DNA from: Nitrososphaerota archaeon
GTDB lineage: Archaea; Thermoproteota; EX4484-205; JAAOZO01
Assembly (NCBI GenBank): GCA_011605715.1
Contig: JAAOZO010000171.1
Location: 1 to 34,893 of the forward strand
DNA: 34,893 nucleotides
Direction: 5' to 3'
The notes below the pieces were generated by a model. The model was not told the DNA's origin and searched no databases. It worked only from the letters and a program-made list of their open reading frames with translations. A program made the position numbers and the translations under genes. Positions 1 to 8,529 of this stretch are shown piece by piece (position 1 is the stretch's first letter; each line of letters begins with the position of its first letter).

Positions 1-2
1 CC

Positions 3-308
3 AATTTACTTAAAAGTAAATCGAACGTAGTTTATCTTCCTATGCATCTCGCCAAAAATAAAATTGTTCAAAGTTTAAAGAGCCACAATTTTTCTCTTAT
101 CGCTTTCAGTGGATGGGCTTTAGAAAGTGGGTTTAAAGAGACGCTCCAAGTAGACTATACTTTTCCAGTAAGTGATCATGCTGATTACTATGGCTTAATC
201 AATGTCGTGAAAGATGTAAGCCCAGAAGTTGTTTATGTTACTCATGGTTTCGTTGAATCTTTTTCAAATTCGCTTCGAAAAGAGGGCTTTATAGCTCATC
301 CTCTTTAA
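3..308 (+). CDS. 3' fragment of a metallo-beta-lactamase/beta-CASP-fold nuclease gene (5' part outside the window)
   Basis: The frame is open from the window edge (NLLKSKSNVVYLPMHLAK...) and stops at 306-308. The C-terminal ...FPVSDHADYYGLINVVKDVSPEVVYVTHG resembles the SxHAD...L and final V.HG motifs of beta-CASP nucleases. Confidence 0.55.
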   Translation, partial: NLLKSKSNVVYLPMHLAKNKIVQSLKSHNFSLIAFSGWALESGFKETLQVDYTFPVSDHADYYGLINVVKDVSPEVVYVTHGFVESFSNSLRKEGFIAHPL

Positions 309-315
309 TTTTTAT

Positions 316-1287
316 TTAAACATACTTGGCTTTCTTAAGAATCTCTTTAATTTTTTTAGGTTGCTTCCCTCTCACTGCTCCAAGTTCTGTAATTATGGCA
401 GTTATGTACTTGGCTGGAGTTATATCAAATGAAGGATTAAGGATCTCTGGATTTCCTAATCTTCCTAAGTTACCATTGTATACTTCTCTAATGCTTCTAT
501 ATTCAATAGCTATTTCTTTCCCTGTTTTAGCATTCGTAGCTATTTTATAACTTTCAGCTGTGACAAAAAAATTTTTGTTTTCTTCTTTTGCTACAACTGC
601 GATTGGATATGTTCCAATTTTGTTGATCACGTCTCCGTTTAAAGTTATGGCATCTGCTCCTACTAAAACCAGATCAACATTTTTCATAAACATTCCTGAA
701 GCTGAATCTACTATTAACTTTACATTAATGTTAGACTCTCTAAGTTTCTTAGCAGTAACGTACCCTTGATAGAGAGGTCTTGTCTCTGTAACATAAACTT
801 CCTTAACCTTTCTATCCTCATTTATCTTTTTTATTACCTCTACTGTTGTAGAGCTATGACAATGCGTCATAATAGAAACTTTTGTTTTAATTAATTTTGA
901 GAAAGCAGTAGCTATTTCTTTTTTTGAATTCTTAATTTTATCCAAGAAATAATCTATTGAAGAAATCATCTCATCACAAAGTTCATTTTTTGTTATATTT
1001 TTGTTCCTACTTTTTAGCTTAAGTCTGTACTCTATGAATCTTAACGCATTAGGCAGAGCTACAGCAGTTGGCCTTGTTCTTAGTAAACTCTCCTTTATGG
1101 CTTCAAAATTCTCAAGAAATTCTTCTCTATTTCGCGATTTTTCTAAAATTTTCCTAGAATCTCTTCGTATACTTTCTAAAGCATATTTTGCTATTACGCT
1201 AGCACCTCTAATCCTCATGTTTTTTATGTCTTCCACAGCTTTTGCCACATTTTCGAAGTCGCTTTTCATAGAGTATAATTTATCCAT
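316..1287 (-). CDS. eIF-2B alpha/beta/delta-family protein (aIF-2B subunit / ribose-1,5-bisphosphate isomerase-like)
   Basis: 323 aa with an ATG start. Family blocks are present: IRGASVIAKYALE, TRPTAVALPNAL, MTHCHSSTV, VYVTETRPLYQG, VLVGADAI..NGDVINKIGTYPIAVVAKE, NPSFDITPAKYITAIITE. Confidence 0.85.
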   Translation of the reverse strand: MDKLYSMKSDFENVAKAVEDIKNMRIRGASVIAKYALESIRRDSRKILEKSRNREEFLENFEAIKESLLRTRPTAVALPNALRFIEYRLKLKSRNKNITKNELCDEMISSIDYFLDKIKNSKKEIATAFSKLIKTKVSIMTHCHSSTTVEVIKKINEDRKVKEVYVTETRPLYQGYVTAKKLRESNINVKLIVDSASGMFMKNVDLVLVGADAITLNGDVINKIGTYPIAVVAKEENKNFFVTAESYKIATNAKTGKEIAIEYRSIREVYNGNLGRLGNPEILNPSFDITPAKYITAIITELGAVRGKQPKKIKEILKKAKYV

Positions 1288-1351
1288 TTTCTCAATATCT
1301 TTTAAAGGTTTGTCCTTAAGACAATTCTATGAAAATGCAAAAGTGAGTTCT

Positions 1352-2512
1352 TCATACCGTCGTCTTTTTATAAACTTCTAGTGTTTCATAAGCGATTTCT
1401 CTCCAATTGTATTTTTCTTTTGCAGTTTTATATCCAAGTTCTGAGATTCTGTTCCTTAAGTTTTCATCAGAAAATAAGGTTATAAGCCGTTTTGCTAATT
1501 CCTCAGAATTGTTAGGTGAAACTTTTAACCCATTTATGCCATCCTCAACGATTTCGGATAGTCCTCCTGTATCTGAAACAACTACTGGAAGTTTGTTTAT
1601 CATTCCTTCAAGAGCAACTATTCCAAAAGGTTCATAGAGCGATGGTACAACAAGCACGTCCGATATTTTAAAAACTTTATTTAATTCTTCATCACTTAAG
1701 TAACCTGTGAAGTATACTTTGTCATAGACTCCAAGTTTCCAAGCAGTTTCCTTCATTCTATTAATTGCGTAACCATCTCCAACGGCAACAATTTTTGCAC
1801 TTATTCCAAACTTAAGTACGTAAGGTAGTGCACCAATTAAGACATTTAACCCTTTCTCATCTACCATTCTTCCTACGAAAAGAATTATCTTTTCAGAGTC
1901 TAATGCATATTTTCTCCTAAAGTCAATATCAACTTTAACTGGAGGCGACTCTGTTATCCCGTTTGGAATAACGTGAATTTTATCTGAAGGAACACCAAAA
2001 AGCCAAGCTACATGTTCTTTCATATACTTGCTACAAACCACTATTTTTTTAGATTCATATGTCCCCCAACCCTCAGTTTCATGAATTAATCTTTGCATAG
2101 TTCCATGGATCCCATTTCTTCTTCCATACTCTGTTGAGTGTATACTGTAAACAATTGGTTTTCCAATTAAGTACTTTAATCCAACAGCACTTGGAATAAC
2201 CATCCAATCGTGAGCATGAATTACGTCAAAGTTTTTTCTCGTTGCTAAGTTTGCTATATATTCCAACATACTGTTGTTCATTCCCATAACCCAATTAATG
2301 AAATCGTAAGCCGGGTAACTGTAAGTTTCTACTCTATGTACGATTAATTTCTCATTTTTCTTCTCAATTTCTGGTTCTCCAGGGAAAGATGTTGTTACTA
2401 CATCTACTTCTGCTCCAATTTGTGAGAGTTGCAAAGATAAATTGTATGCGTGAGTCGCCAACCCTCCTACTTTTCTCGGAGGATATTCCCAGACGAGCAT
2501 AAGTATTTCCAT
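1352..2512 (-). CDS. GT-B fold glycosyltransferase, family 4 (glycogen-synthase-like)
   Basis: 386 aa. N-terminal WEYPPRKVGGLATH and HAHDW motifs; C-terminal VVPSLYEPFGIVALEGM (E-x7-E type motif). Confidence 0.85.
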   Translation of the reverse strand: MEILMLVWEYPPRKVGGLATHAYNLSLQLSQIGAEVDVVTTSFPGEPEIEKKNEKLIVHRVETYSYPAYDFINWVMGMNNSMLEYIANLATRKNFDVIHAHDWMVIPSAVGLKYLIGKPIVYSIHSTEYGRRNGIHGTMQRLIHETEGWGTYESKKIVVCSKYMKEHVAWLFGVPSDKIHVIPNGITESPPVKVDIDFRRKYALDSEKIILFVGRMVDEKGLNVLIGALPYVLKFGISAKIVAVGDGYAINRMKETAWKLGVYDKVYFTGYLSDEELNKVFKISDVLVVPSLYEPFGIVALEGMINKLPVVVSDTGGLSEIVEDGINGLKVSPNNSEELAKRLITLFSDENLRNRISELGYKTAKEKYNWREIAYETLEVYKKTTV

Positions 2513-2530
2513 TTTGTCTAACCTGTGCTC

Positions 2531-3127
2531 TTATTTTATTATCATCGATAAAAGAAAGGGTACGCAGTACTCTGCTTCTAAGTTTACTACCACAATTTTC
2601 CTTGAGTCTATTGAATACTCGTTAATAAGAGTTTCATATGTCTTTAAGCTGTTCGTTAGAATCATGCTTGCCTTTTTTAACAGACCTTTCTCTATGCTTG
2701 CGATTGAAATTGATAGTAAATCGAAGGAATCCTTGCTTCTTTCCTTTTCTGAAGTTTGAATTACTGCAACCCATGGAATCGAAAACTTACTACTAAGCAT
2801 ATATGCCGATAAAAAGCCCATCCACTCAAAAGAAATTATTAGATCAGCTTTTTCTCCTAGTATAATATTTACTCCTTCTCTAATGTATTGAGTTGTTAAA
2901 TAAGTTTCTAAAGCAAAAATAGAGTAGAAAGTTCTCACAGGACTACTCACTCTAGTAACTCTTATCGAATTTTCTACACTAGTCCCAACATTAAATTCAT
3001 CATGAGTTAAAACACTTACTAAAAATCCTCTTTTTAAAAGCTCATCTGAAAAAAACTTTACAATAGAAGCCGTTTTTCCTATTTCCTTTGGTGGGTACTC
3101 TTCTGAAATTATCAGTACGCTCCTCAT
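2531..3127 (-). CDS. Degenerate N-terminal-half paralog of the neighbouring GT4 glycosyltransferase (no C-terminal catalytic domain)
   Basis: 198 aa. SEEYPPKEIGKTAS parallels WEYPPRKVGGLATH and LIISFEWMGF parallels VIHAHDWMV of the adjacent full-length enzyme. The GGL motif is lost and no E-x7-E region is present. Confidence 0.6.
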   Translation of the reverse strand: MRSVLIISEEYPPKEIGKTASIVKFFSDELLKRGFLVSVLTHDEFNVGTSVENSIRVTRVSSPVRTFYSIFALETYLTTQYIREGVNIILGEKADLIISFEWMGFLSAYMLSSKFSIPWVAVIQTSEKERSKDSFDLLSISIASIEKGLLKKASMILTNSLKTYETLINEYSIDSRKIVVVNLEAEYCVPFLLSMIIK

Positions 3128-3129
3128 TT

Positions 3130-3375
3130 TTACGTGTACAGTGAGCTTGCCATTATTATCCCTAGCCTAGTAACGTAAACTTTGCGAAGTTTTTCATTTC
3201 CTTTTTTAGCTATATACTTTTTGCTTTCAAGGAATTCTAGTATTTTTTCAAGTTCATCCGGATTAATCTCCACAATTTTCTTTACTTTATCGATTTCCAT
3301 AGCTCTCTCTTCGTCAACAGCTCCTGCTTCGTGAAGTTTTGAAAGGACGAAAAACTCTCTTGATATTCTTTCCAT
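3130..3375 (-). CDS. Small winged-helix-like protein (putative DNA-binding)
   Basis: 81 aa with an ATG start. It lies 2 nt upstream of the next gene in the same operon. Helix-rich sequence with ...ILEFLESKKYIAKKGNEKLRKVYVTRLG, typical of a wHTH recognition helix plus wing. Confidence 0.5.
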   Translation of the reverse strand: MERISREFFVLSKLHEAGAVDEERAMEIDKVKKIVEINPDELEKILEFLESKKYIAKKGNEKLRKVYVTRLGIIMASSLYT

Positions 3376-3414
3376 CTTTCTGGTTTAATTCTTGTATTTT
3401 ATCTTTATAAATCT

Positions 3415-4410
3415 TTATAGTCGATCTCGCAATTGTTCAAAATTTTCTTTTATTGAATCTCTATAAAGGGCAGCGACGTTTTCTGGATTGGCCGTGATTA
3501 TTACAATACCAAATCCAAGCTCGTAACCTGCATAAACATTTACCCTTGGAACAATCTCCATATGCCAGTGGAACTTTTCTTCTTCTCTAGGTGATATGTG
3601 AAAGTAAAAGTTGTAGCTAATGTAACCAAAGTTTTTTTCCATCGTATGAATAACTATTCTAATTAATTTTAAAAGTATAAACAATTTTTCTGGTTGCTTT
3701 GTTATATCCTTTTCTTTTTCTTTCGAAGTAATCCAAAGTTCATAAGGAGAAATAGGAACATATGGAGTAAACGCAACCAGTCCATCTTTATCAACAACAA
3801 CTCTTTCCTGATTTTTTGCCTCTTCTATGAGTAGGCTCATGGCATTTTCTTTCTTCGAAAAAATTTCTTGCTCTCTTTTTATATTCGGTGGAACTAGCGC
3901 ACTTCCTATCACTTGTGTATGTGAATGTGGAACTGAAGCACCCGCTTCTTTTCCATAGTTCTTAAAAATAGCTACGTACTGTATTTTTTCATCTTTTTCT
4001 ATCATTTCTTTTGTTGAAATCATTGCCTGCGCATAAGCTTTTAGCTCAATATTGCTAAAGTTGCTAATGTCTTTATCATGCTCCTTTGTTTCTACGATCA
4101 AGTAGTGATACCCATAGGGATAGTTTGCTTCGTTAGAAACTGTATCGAACGCTGGGTAAAGGTTTCGGAAAACTCTAGCTTGCCAATCTCCAGCATATTC
4201 TATTTCTTTTCCATATTTTGTTTCAAGTTCACCACTCTCCTTTACCTTAATTATGATTTCTGCCTTTGGAGTCATTTTTTCGTTTCCTGGACAAAATGGA
4301 CAAATCTTTTTTTCGATTTCTGGTATCCTTTTAAAGTAATCTGGCCTTTTTCCTCTTTCGGTTACTATTATACCCTTTCTTCCAGAAAACCAGTCAGTTC
4401 TAACTTCCAT
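3415..4410 (-). CDS. galT: Galactose-1-phosphate uridylyltransferase-family (HIT superfamily branch III) nucleotidyltransferase
   Basis: 331 aa. CPFCPGNE zinc-binding knuckle near the N-terminus and HSHTQV (H-x-H-x-Q) active-site motif. Confidence 0.8.
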   Translation of the reverse strand: MEVRTDWFSGRKGIIVTERGKRPDYFKRIPEIEKKICPFCPGNEKMTPKAEIIIKVKESGELETKYGKEIEYAGDWQARVFRNLYPAFDTVSNEANYPYGYHYLIVETKEHDKDISNFSNIELKAYAQAMISTKEMIEKDEKIQYVAIFKNYGKEAGASVPHSHTQVIGSALVPPNIKREQEIFSKKENAMSLLIEEAKNQERVVVDKDGLVAFTPYVPISPYELWITSKEKEKDITKQPEKLFILLKLIRIVIHTMEKNFGYISYNFYFHISPREEEKFHWHMEIVPRVNVYAGYELGFGIVIITANPENVAALYRDSIKENFEQLRDRL

Positions 4411-4751
4411 CCAGTTCTTTTCTTTTATTTTTGACCTAATTAAGTTTTTGCTTTTTTTGAGATTTCTTTTAAACTAGTCTTCGATAGTAAGATCTCAATC
4501 GTTCCAAGCTAGCTTAGCAATTTCAAAACAGATAAAAGCCTTAACAAATAATTTTTACCTTTATTTAATAAAAAGTAATAAAGAACAAAACAATTAACCT
4601 AAAGCAAAACACAGTCAGTAAGGCCGAGAGTTAACTGCATAAAGCAAAAAGGAAGGCTATTTTTTAACTTAGACTTTTAAGAACTTAACTTTCAAGCAAC
4701 CCAAAAAATAAAGTTTAAAAGTCTTTATTTTTAGTATCCTTTGCATTGAAA

Positions 4752-5306
4752 ATGGCTACACTTAGTTCGGAAGGTTATTTGACATTACTTGCTCATATCA
4801 ACGAAAAGGGCGAAACAGATGTTAATGAGTTATCTTATAGTACTGGAGTTGCAAAAAGAGATTTAGTTCGGGCTGTAAATGTACTTAAGAAAAACATGGC
4901 TGTTGATTTTTATGAGGACAAGGTAAAATTAACAGAACTAGGAAAATTTGCACTAGAAAAAAAGGACATAAAAATAGTTTTCGGCTATACTCCAGATGAA
5001 AAGGTTCCAGATTACCTTTCGTTTAAGTTCTTTCTTGGCGAAGGCTTATTTTCTGGAGAAGTTGCAAGTTCATACCACGAATTCCTCGAAATAATAAAAA
5101 GAATAGATACAAGAAGCATCCTATTCCATCTTTACCGTGGAGATTTTGACAAGTGGTTTAACGATGTCTTCAAGGATAGAAAGCTTGCTAAAAAAATTAT
5201 TGCATTAAAGGATAAATTAATGCCCCCAAATCGAGTAAGAGATAGGTTAATTCGAATACTGGAACAAAGAATCTCTGAGCTTAAAGAGGAGAACAAAAAT
5301 GAATAA
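4752..5306 (+). CDS. wHTH regulator with a C-terminal domain resembling DUF5752
   Basis: The ORF opens at TTG 4746; ATG 4752 (MATLSSEGY...) is the likelier start. N-terminal wHTH (ETDVNELSYSTGVAKRDLVRAVNVLKK). The C-terminal F.F....G..ASSYHEFLEIIKRIDTRSILFHLYRGDFDKWFNDVFKDRKLAKKI matches my recollection of the DUF5752 pattern, which was not verified. Confidence 0.6.
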   Translation: MATLSSEGYLTLLAHINEKGETDVNELSYSTGVAKRDLVRAVNVLKKNMAVDFYEDKVKLTELGKFALEKKDIKIVFGYTPDEKVPDYLSFKFFLGEGLFSGEVASSYHEFLEIIKRIDTRSILFHLYRGDFDKWFNDVFKDRKLAKKIIALKDKLMPPNRVRDRLIRILEQRISELKEENKNE

Positions 5307-6222
5307 AGAAGTTAGCAAGACAATATCTTGGTTAGAAGTTTCATTTAAGGTTCCATCTGATTGGGAATTAGTTGCTGACTCTGGAGGTATAACTGAAGCC
5401 TACATGAGAATAGATAGTCCTAGTAGTGTAAAGTTGGAGATTAAGTGGGAGCGAGTTAAGAAGAAAGTATCTGATTTCTTCCCATACTTAACTTTAGACA
5501 ACTACATTAAGTCGATAACGAAGGATTCTAAGCAAAAAGTTAATCCAAAAATCCTAGAAAAAGGAAACGCTAAAGTAAATGAACACAAAGCTGCTTTTTA
5601 CAGGTGGCAGTTCGGTTCTTCCAATTTTGTAACTCTCTCTTGGGTGTGTGAGCCAGAAAGCAAGATCTTTTTGCTACAGTATACTCTCGACGAGGGTGAA
5701 GATAAATCAAGTATACTCCCTGAAATAGTGAAAAGTGTTTCATGCCATAACAAAGAAAGCTTTTATCCATTTGAAATATTTGATGTCTCGTTTGCAATTC
5801 CTAAAGAATTCCATCTCTCAAGGAGAAAATTAGCAATTGGAAAGGCTGAGCTTTACTTTTTAAGTCAGGATTCTAAAATTCTAGTTACGTGGGTCGGTTT
5901 AGCAAACTATCAAATTAAGAAGTATGGTTTTCTTGGAAAGGCAGTATCAAACTTAATGTCTGAAGCAGTAAAAGCATGCGATAATGACTTTTCTTCTTTG
6001 TTAAAAGCGATAAAACCAACAGACAACTTCATATCTCTTGAAAAAACAAATCATCCCTCTTTACCAATTCTAGGAAAAGCTACGTTTCTTTCGTTGGATG
6101 CGAAGCTTGATGAGCTTTCCAATAAAATATTCCTAGTTGCTTTTAAAACAAGTAGTCTCGAGAAAAGGGAGGTTGGAAGAAAAGTTTTTGTCAGTCTTAA
6201 GGGTAAACCAGAAGTGGAATAA
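5299..6222 (+). CDS. Hypothetical protein with an internal two-domain duplication
   Basis: 307 aa. The ATG overlaps the upstream stop by 8 nt, suggesting an operon. Two by-eye repeats begin LEVSFKVPSDWEL...KLEIKW and FDVSFAIPKEFHL...KILVTW. Confidence 0.6.
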   Translation: MNKEVSKTISWLEVSFKVPSDWELVADSGGITEAYMRIDSPSSVKLEIKWERVKKKVSDFFPYLTLDNYIKSITKDSKQKVNPKILEKGNAKVNEHKAAFYRWQFGSSNFVTLSWVCEPESKIFLLQYTLDEGEDKSSILPEIVKSVSCHNKESFYPFEIFDVSFAIPKEFHLSRRKLAIGKAELYFLSQDSKILVTWVGLANYQIKKYGFLGKAVSNLMSEAVKACDNDFSSLLKAIKPTDNFISLEKTNHPSLPILGKATFLSLDAKLDELSNKIFLVAFKTSSLEKREVGRKVFVSLKGKPEVE

Positions 6223-6277
6223 GCTTTTAAATTCCATACAAAGCTTTAATAAAAGTTAGGTAGGGATCGATAGCACT

Positions 6278-6814
6278 ATGTGGCCTTTCAAGAAAAAAGA
6301 AAAGACGATTTCAAGAGAAAGGTTTTTGAACGCTATACCCGTAAAAAACCCTATCATTAAATGGGAGACTTCGGATGACAACACAGTAACTCTCATAATT
6401 CCTAGAAATCCAGATACAGTTTCAACTTTTGTACAAAAGATGCTTACTATTCCAAGTGAAAAGAAAATAAAGCTAGATGAAATAGGGAGTAAAGTTTGGC
6501 TAAAAGTAGATGGGAAATCTAATATGCAGGATCTAATAAAATGGTTTTCAGAAGAATTTCGAGTTGCGCAAAGAGAAGCAGAAGTTTCTTTGAGCTTATT
6601 TTTCAAAGAACTTTCGAAAAGAGGCTTTTTAACGTTGCTTGTCCCATTACCAAAGCCTGGGACTCTTGAGGCAAAGGAAGAGATAGAAGAACTAAAATCA
6701 CAGCTAAAGAGTCTTGAAAAGGAATTTAAAAAAGGGAAATTAAACGAGGAACAGTTTAACCAAATAAAGAAAACTCTAGAAGAAAAAATAGAATACTTAA
6801 AAGGTACGTCATAG
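6278..6814 (+). CDS. PqqD-family (RRE-like) domain protein with a C-terminal SHOCT-like coiled coil
   Basis: 178 aa. KLDEIGSKVWLKVDGKSNMQDLIKWFSEEFRVAQREAEVSLSLFFKELSKRGFL fits the PqqD pattern. The C-terminal LKSLEKEFKKGKLNEEQFNQIKKTL fits the SHOCT pattern. Confidence 0.65.
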   Translation: MWPFKKKEKTISRERFLNAIPVKNPIIKWETSDDNTVTLIIPRNPDTVSTFVQKMLTIPSEKKIKLDEIGSKVWLKVDGKSNMQDLIKWFSEEFRVAQREAEVSLSLFFKELSKRGFLTLLVPLPKPGTLEAKEEIEELKSQLKSLEKEFKKGKLNEEQFNQIKKTLEEKIEYLKGTS

Positions 6815-7109
6815 TTCTCCCAAAAATTAAAATTACGCGATAGTGGCAAGCCAGCTTAGGCTTAAGACTCGTTTTTCCTATTGAGTACTACTTAAGCTAG
6901 CGGTAACAAAGACAACGCTCTCTATTGTACTCGAGTATCTTTTACTTTTTAAATAATAACTCGAGTTTTTCATATGGCCCCCAGTTTTCATTTAGAAGTT
7001 AGAAGTATAGTTAAGTGATTCTTAGGTTGTCAGTTTCTAGTAACGTAAATAAAAGTCAAAAAATTATGAGAAAGTAAAGTTAAATGGCCGAAATCTTGAG
7101 CAAAAGTTC

Positions 7110-7931
7110 TTAGCTTAAGTATCCCGTTATAACTATACCTTTTCCTCTCTCGATACTAAACGTATAATACGTTGGATTTGTTGCAGTCCATCTCATCTTC
7201 CTTACGTAGAGTGTTCTCTTTACTTGGTTTCCAACTTTTGCTAGACCTAAAACTATTATTCCTGAGGCTAAGAACTCTTCAACTCCAAACCTACTAATCG
7301 AATTTTCTCCTGTAGGTACTTCTGAAGTTATTAAGTTAGTGGTCTTAATTTCATCTTCAATCGAGAATATCAAGCTCCTTATGTATTCTCTAGTCCAGGT
7401 TACTTCAGTTGTGCTCATAGTAACTAACGGTGCAACTGGATCTATAACCAATCTCTTTGCATTTATTGATTTCTGAATTTTTGAAAGTTCACTAACAATA
7501 TTTTTGACTATAACGTCCATCTCCTTACCCCACATTTTTGCAGCAAAATACTGCCTGACAGGAACTATCATTAACTTTCTTTCAGCAACTAGTTGTTGCA
7601 AGTCCCACCCAAATCTTCGTGTATCAGCAATCAATGCTTCAGGTCTTTCATCGATCGTTACATAAATTCCAGGTTCAGAGTTTTTGGCTCCATGAATTAA
7701 GAACTGCAAAGAAAATATTGTCTTTCCAGTTCCCGTTTCTCCTGCTACTAAATATGTTTTTCCTTTTTCGAAACCACCCTCAGTAATTTTGTCCAATTCT
7801 GGAATGCCTGTTGACACTCTTCTACTAACTGTTGTACTCCTTAATGGTGCTCCGCAATTTGGACAAAACTTGTAGTAAGGCCGAACTACCGCTCCGCATA
7901 CTTCGCATCTAAGAAACTCATCACTGCTCAA
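7110..7931 (-). CDS. KaiC/RadA-like RecA-superfamily ATPase with an N-terminal zinc ribbon
   Basis: 273 aa with a TTG start; no ATG preserves the N-terminus. Zinc ribbon CEVCGAVV...FCPNCGAPL, then GIPELDKITEGGFEKGKTYLVAGETGTGKT (Walker A) and KRLVIDPV (Walker B-like). Confidence 0.8.
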   Translation of the reverse strand: MSSDEFLRCEVCGAVVRPYYKFCPNCGAPLRSTTVSRRVSTGIPELDKITEGGFEKGKTYLVAGETGTGKTIFSLQFLIHGAKNSEPGIYVTIDERPEALIADTRRFGWDLQQLVAERKLMIVPVRQYFAAKMWGKEMDVIVKNIVSELSKIQKSINAKRLVIDPVAPLVTMSTTEVTWTREYIRSLIFSIEDEIKTTNLITSEVPTGENSISRFGVEEFLASGIIVLGLAKVGNQVKRTLYVRKMRWTATNPTYYTFSIERGKGIVITGYLS

Positions 7932-8168
7932 GTCTTTCTAGAAAACTAGAATGAGTACATATTTATATACTTGTCTCTATCTTATTTTTGTATTATATTT
8001 TTTACTATAATGTTTTATTTTACTAAATAGTACTCTCTTTGTCCTACTTAACGAAAATTTTAAAATTTTTAATAAAATAGGAGGAGCTACTAAATTTTTA
8101 GCGTCTCTGTAAAATAGCGCCAAAGGTGAGTAGTTAGGAGTTTCTTGATTGAGCGAAGTTTTTAAAAA

Positions 8169-8486
8169 TCAATTTGAAAGAGGAATTTTTTTATTTTGGT
8201 TACAATTCAAGCATTTTATCGTTATGTACTTCTTTTTCTTTCCTCTAATTCTTATTCTTGCAGTCTCTCCAGGTATGATGACTTTTTTGCAATTTTTGCA
8301 ATAAAAATATCTCTTGAAAACAGAGAAATTCCTCAAATTGTATTTTTTCCAAATCTTTAGACATAATTCTAAAACTTTTTTTCTATCCTCATACTTCACT
8401 TCACTGTTATCTATAACAAAGTTAACTAATTTTTCTACTCTTTTCTTAGCAATTTCCTGAAGTTCCTTCTTTTTTTCCTTCTTCAT
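8169..8486 (-). CDS. rnp4: RNase P protein component 4 (Rpp21/Rpr2 family)
   Basis: C-terminal zinc ribbon CKNCKKVIIPGETARIRIRGKKKKYITIKCLNCN is typical of Rpp21. The ORF opens at TTG 8522, but ATG 8486 (MKKEKKKELQEIAKKR...) avoids abutting the tRNA. Confidence 0.8.
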   Translation of the reverse strand: MKKEKKKELQEIAKKRVEKLVNFVIDNSEVKYEDRKKVLELCLKIWKKYNLRNFSVFKRYFYCKNCKKVIIPGETARIRIRGKKKKYITIKCLNCNQNKKIPLSN

Positions 8487-8529
8487 GGTTAATTTCTTTG
8501 TAAGACTGATTTCAGCAAACAAAAATAGG

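Noticed and set aside
326-1637. Plus-strand ORFs 326-550, 560-769, 1001-1381 and 1407-1637
   Set aside because: They lie entirely antisense to the strongly supported eIF-2B-family and GT4 genes. Their Ser/Phe/Leu-rich low-complexity composition is typical of shadow ORFs in AT-rich DNA.
2514-6849. ORFs 2514-2759 (+), 4078-4434 (+), 5570-5797 (-) and 6256-6849 (-)
   Set aside because: They are antisense shadows of the half-GT, GalT-like, 307-aa and PqqD-like genes. No motifs are present and the composition is implausible (for example, the Cys/Phe/Ser-rich 197-aa ORF opposite the PqqD gene).
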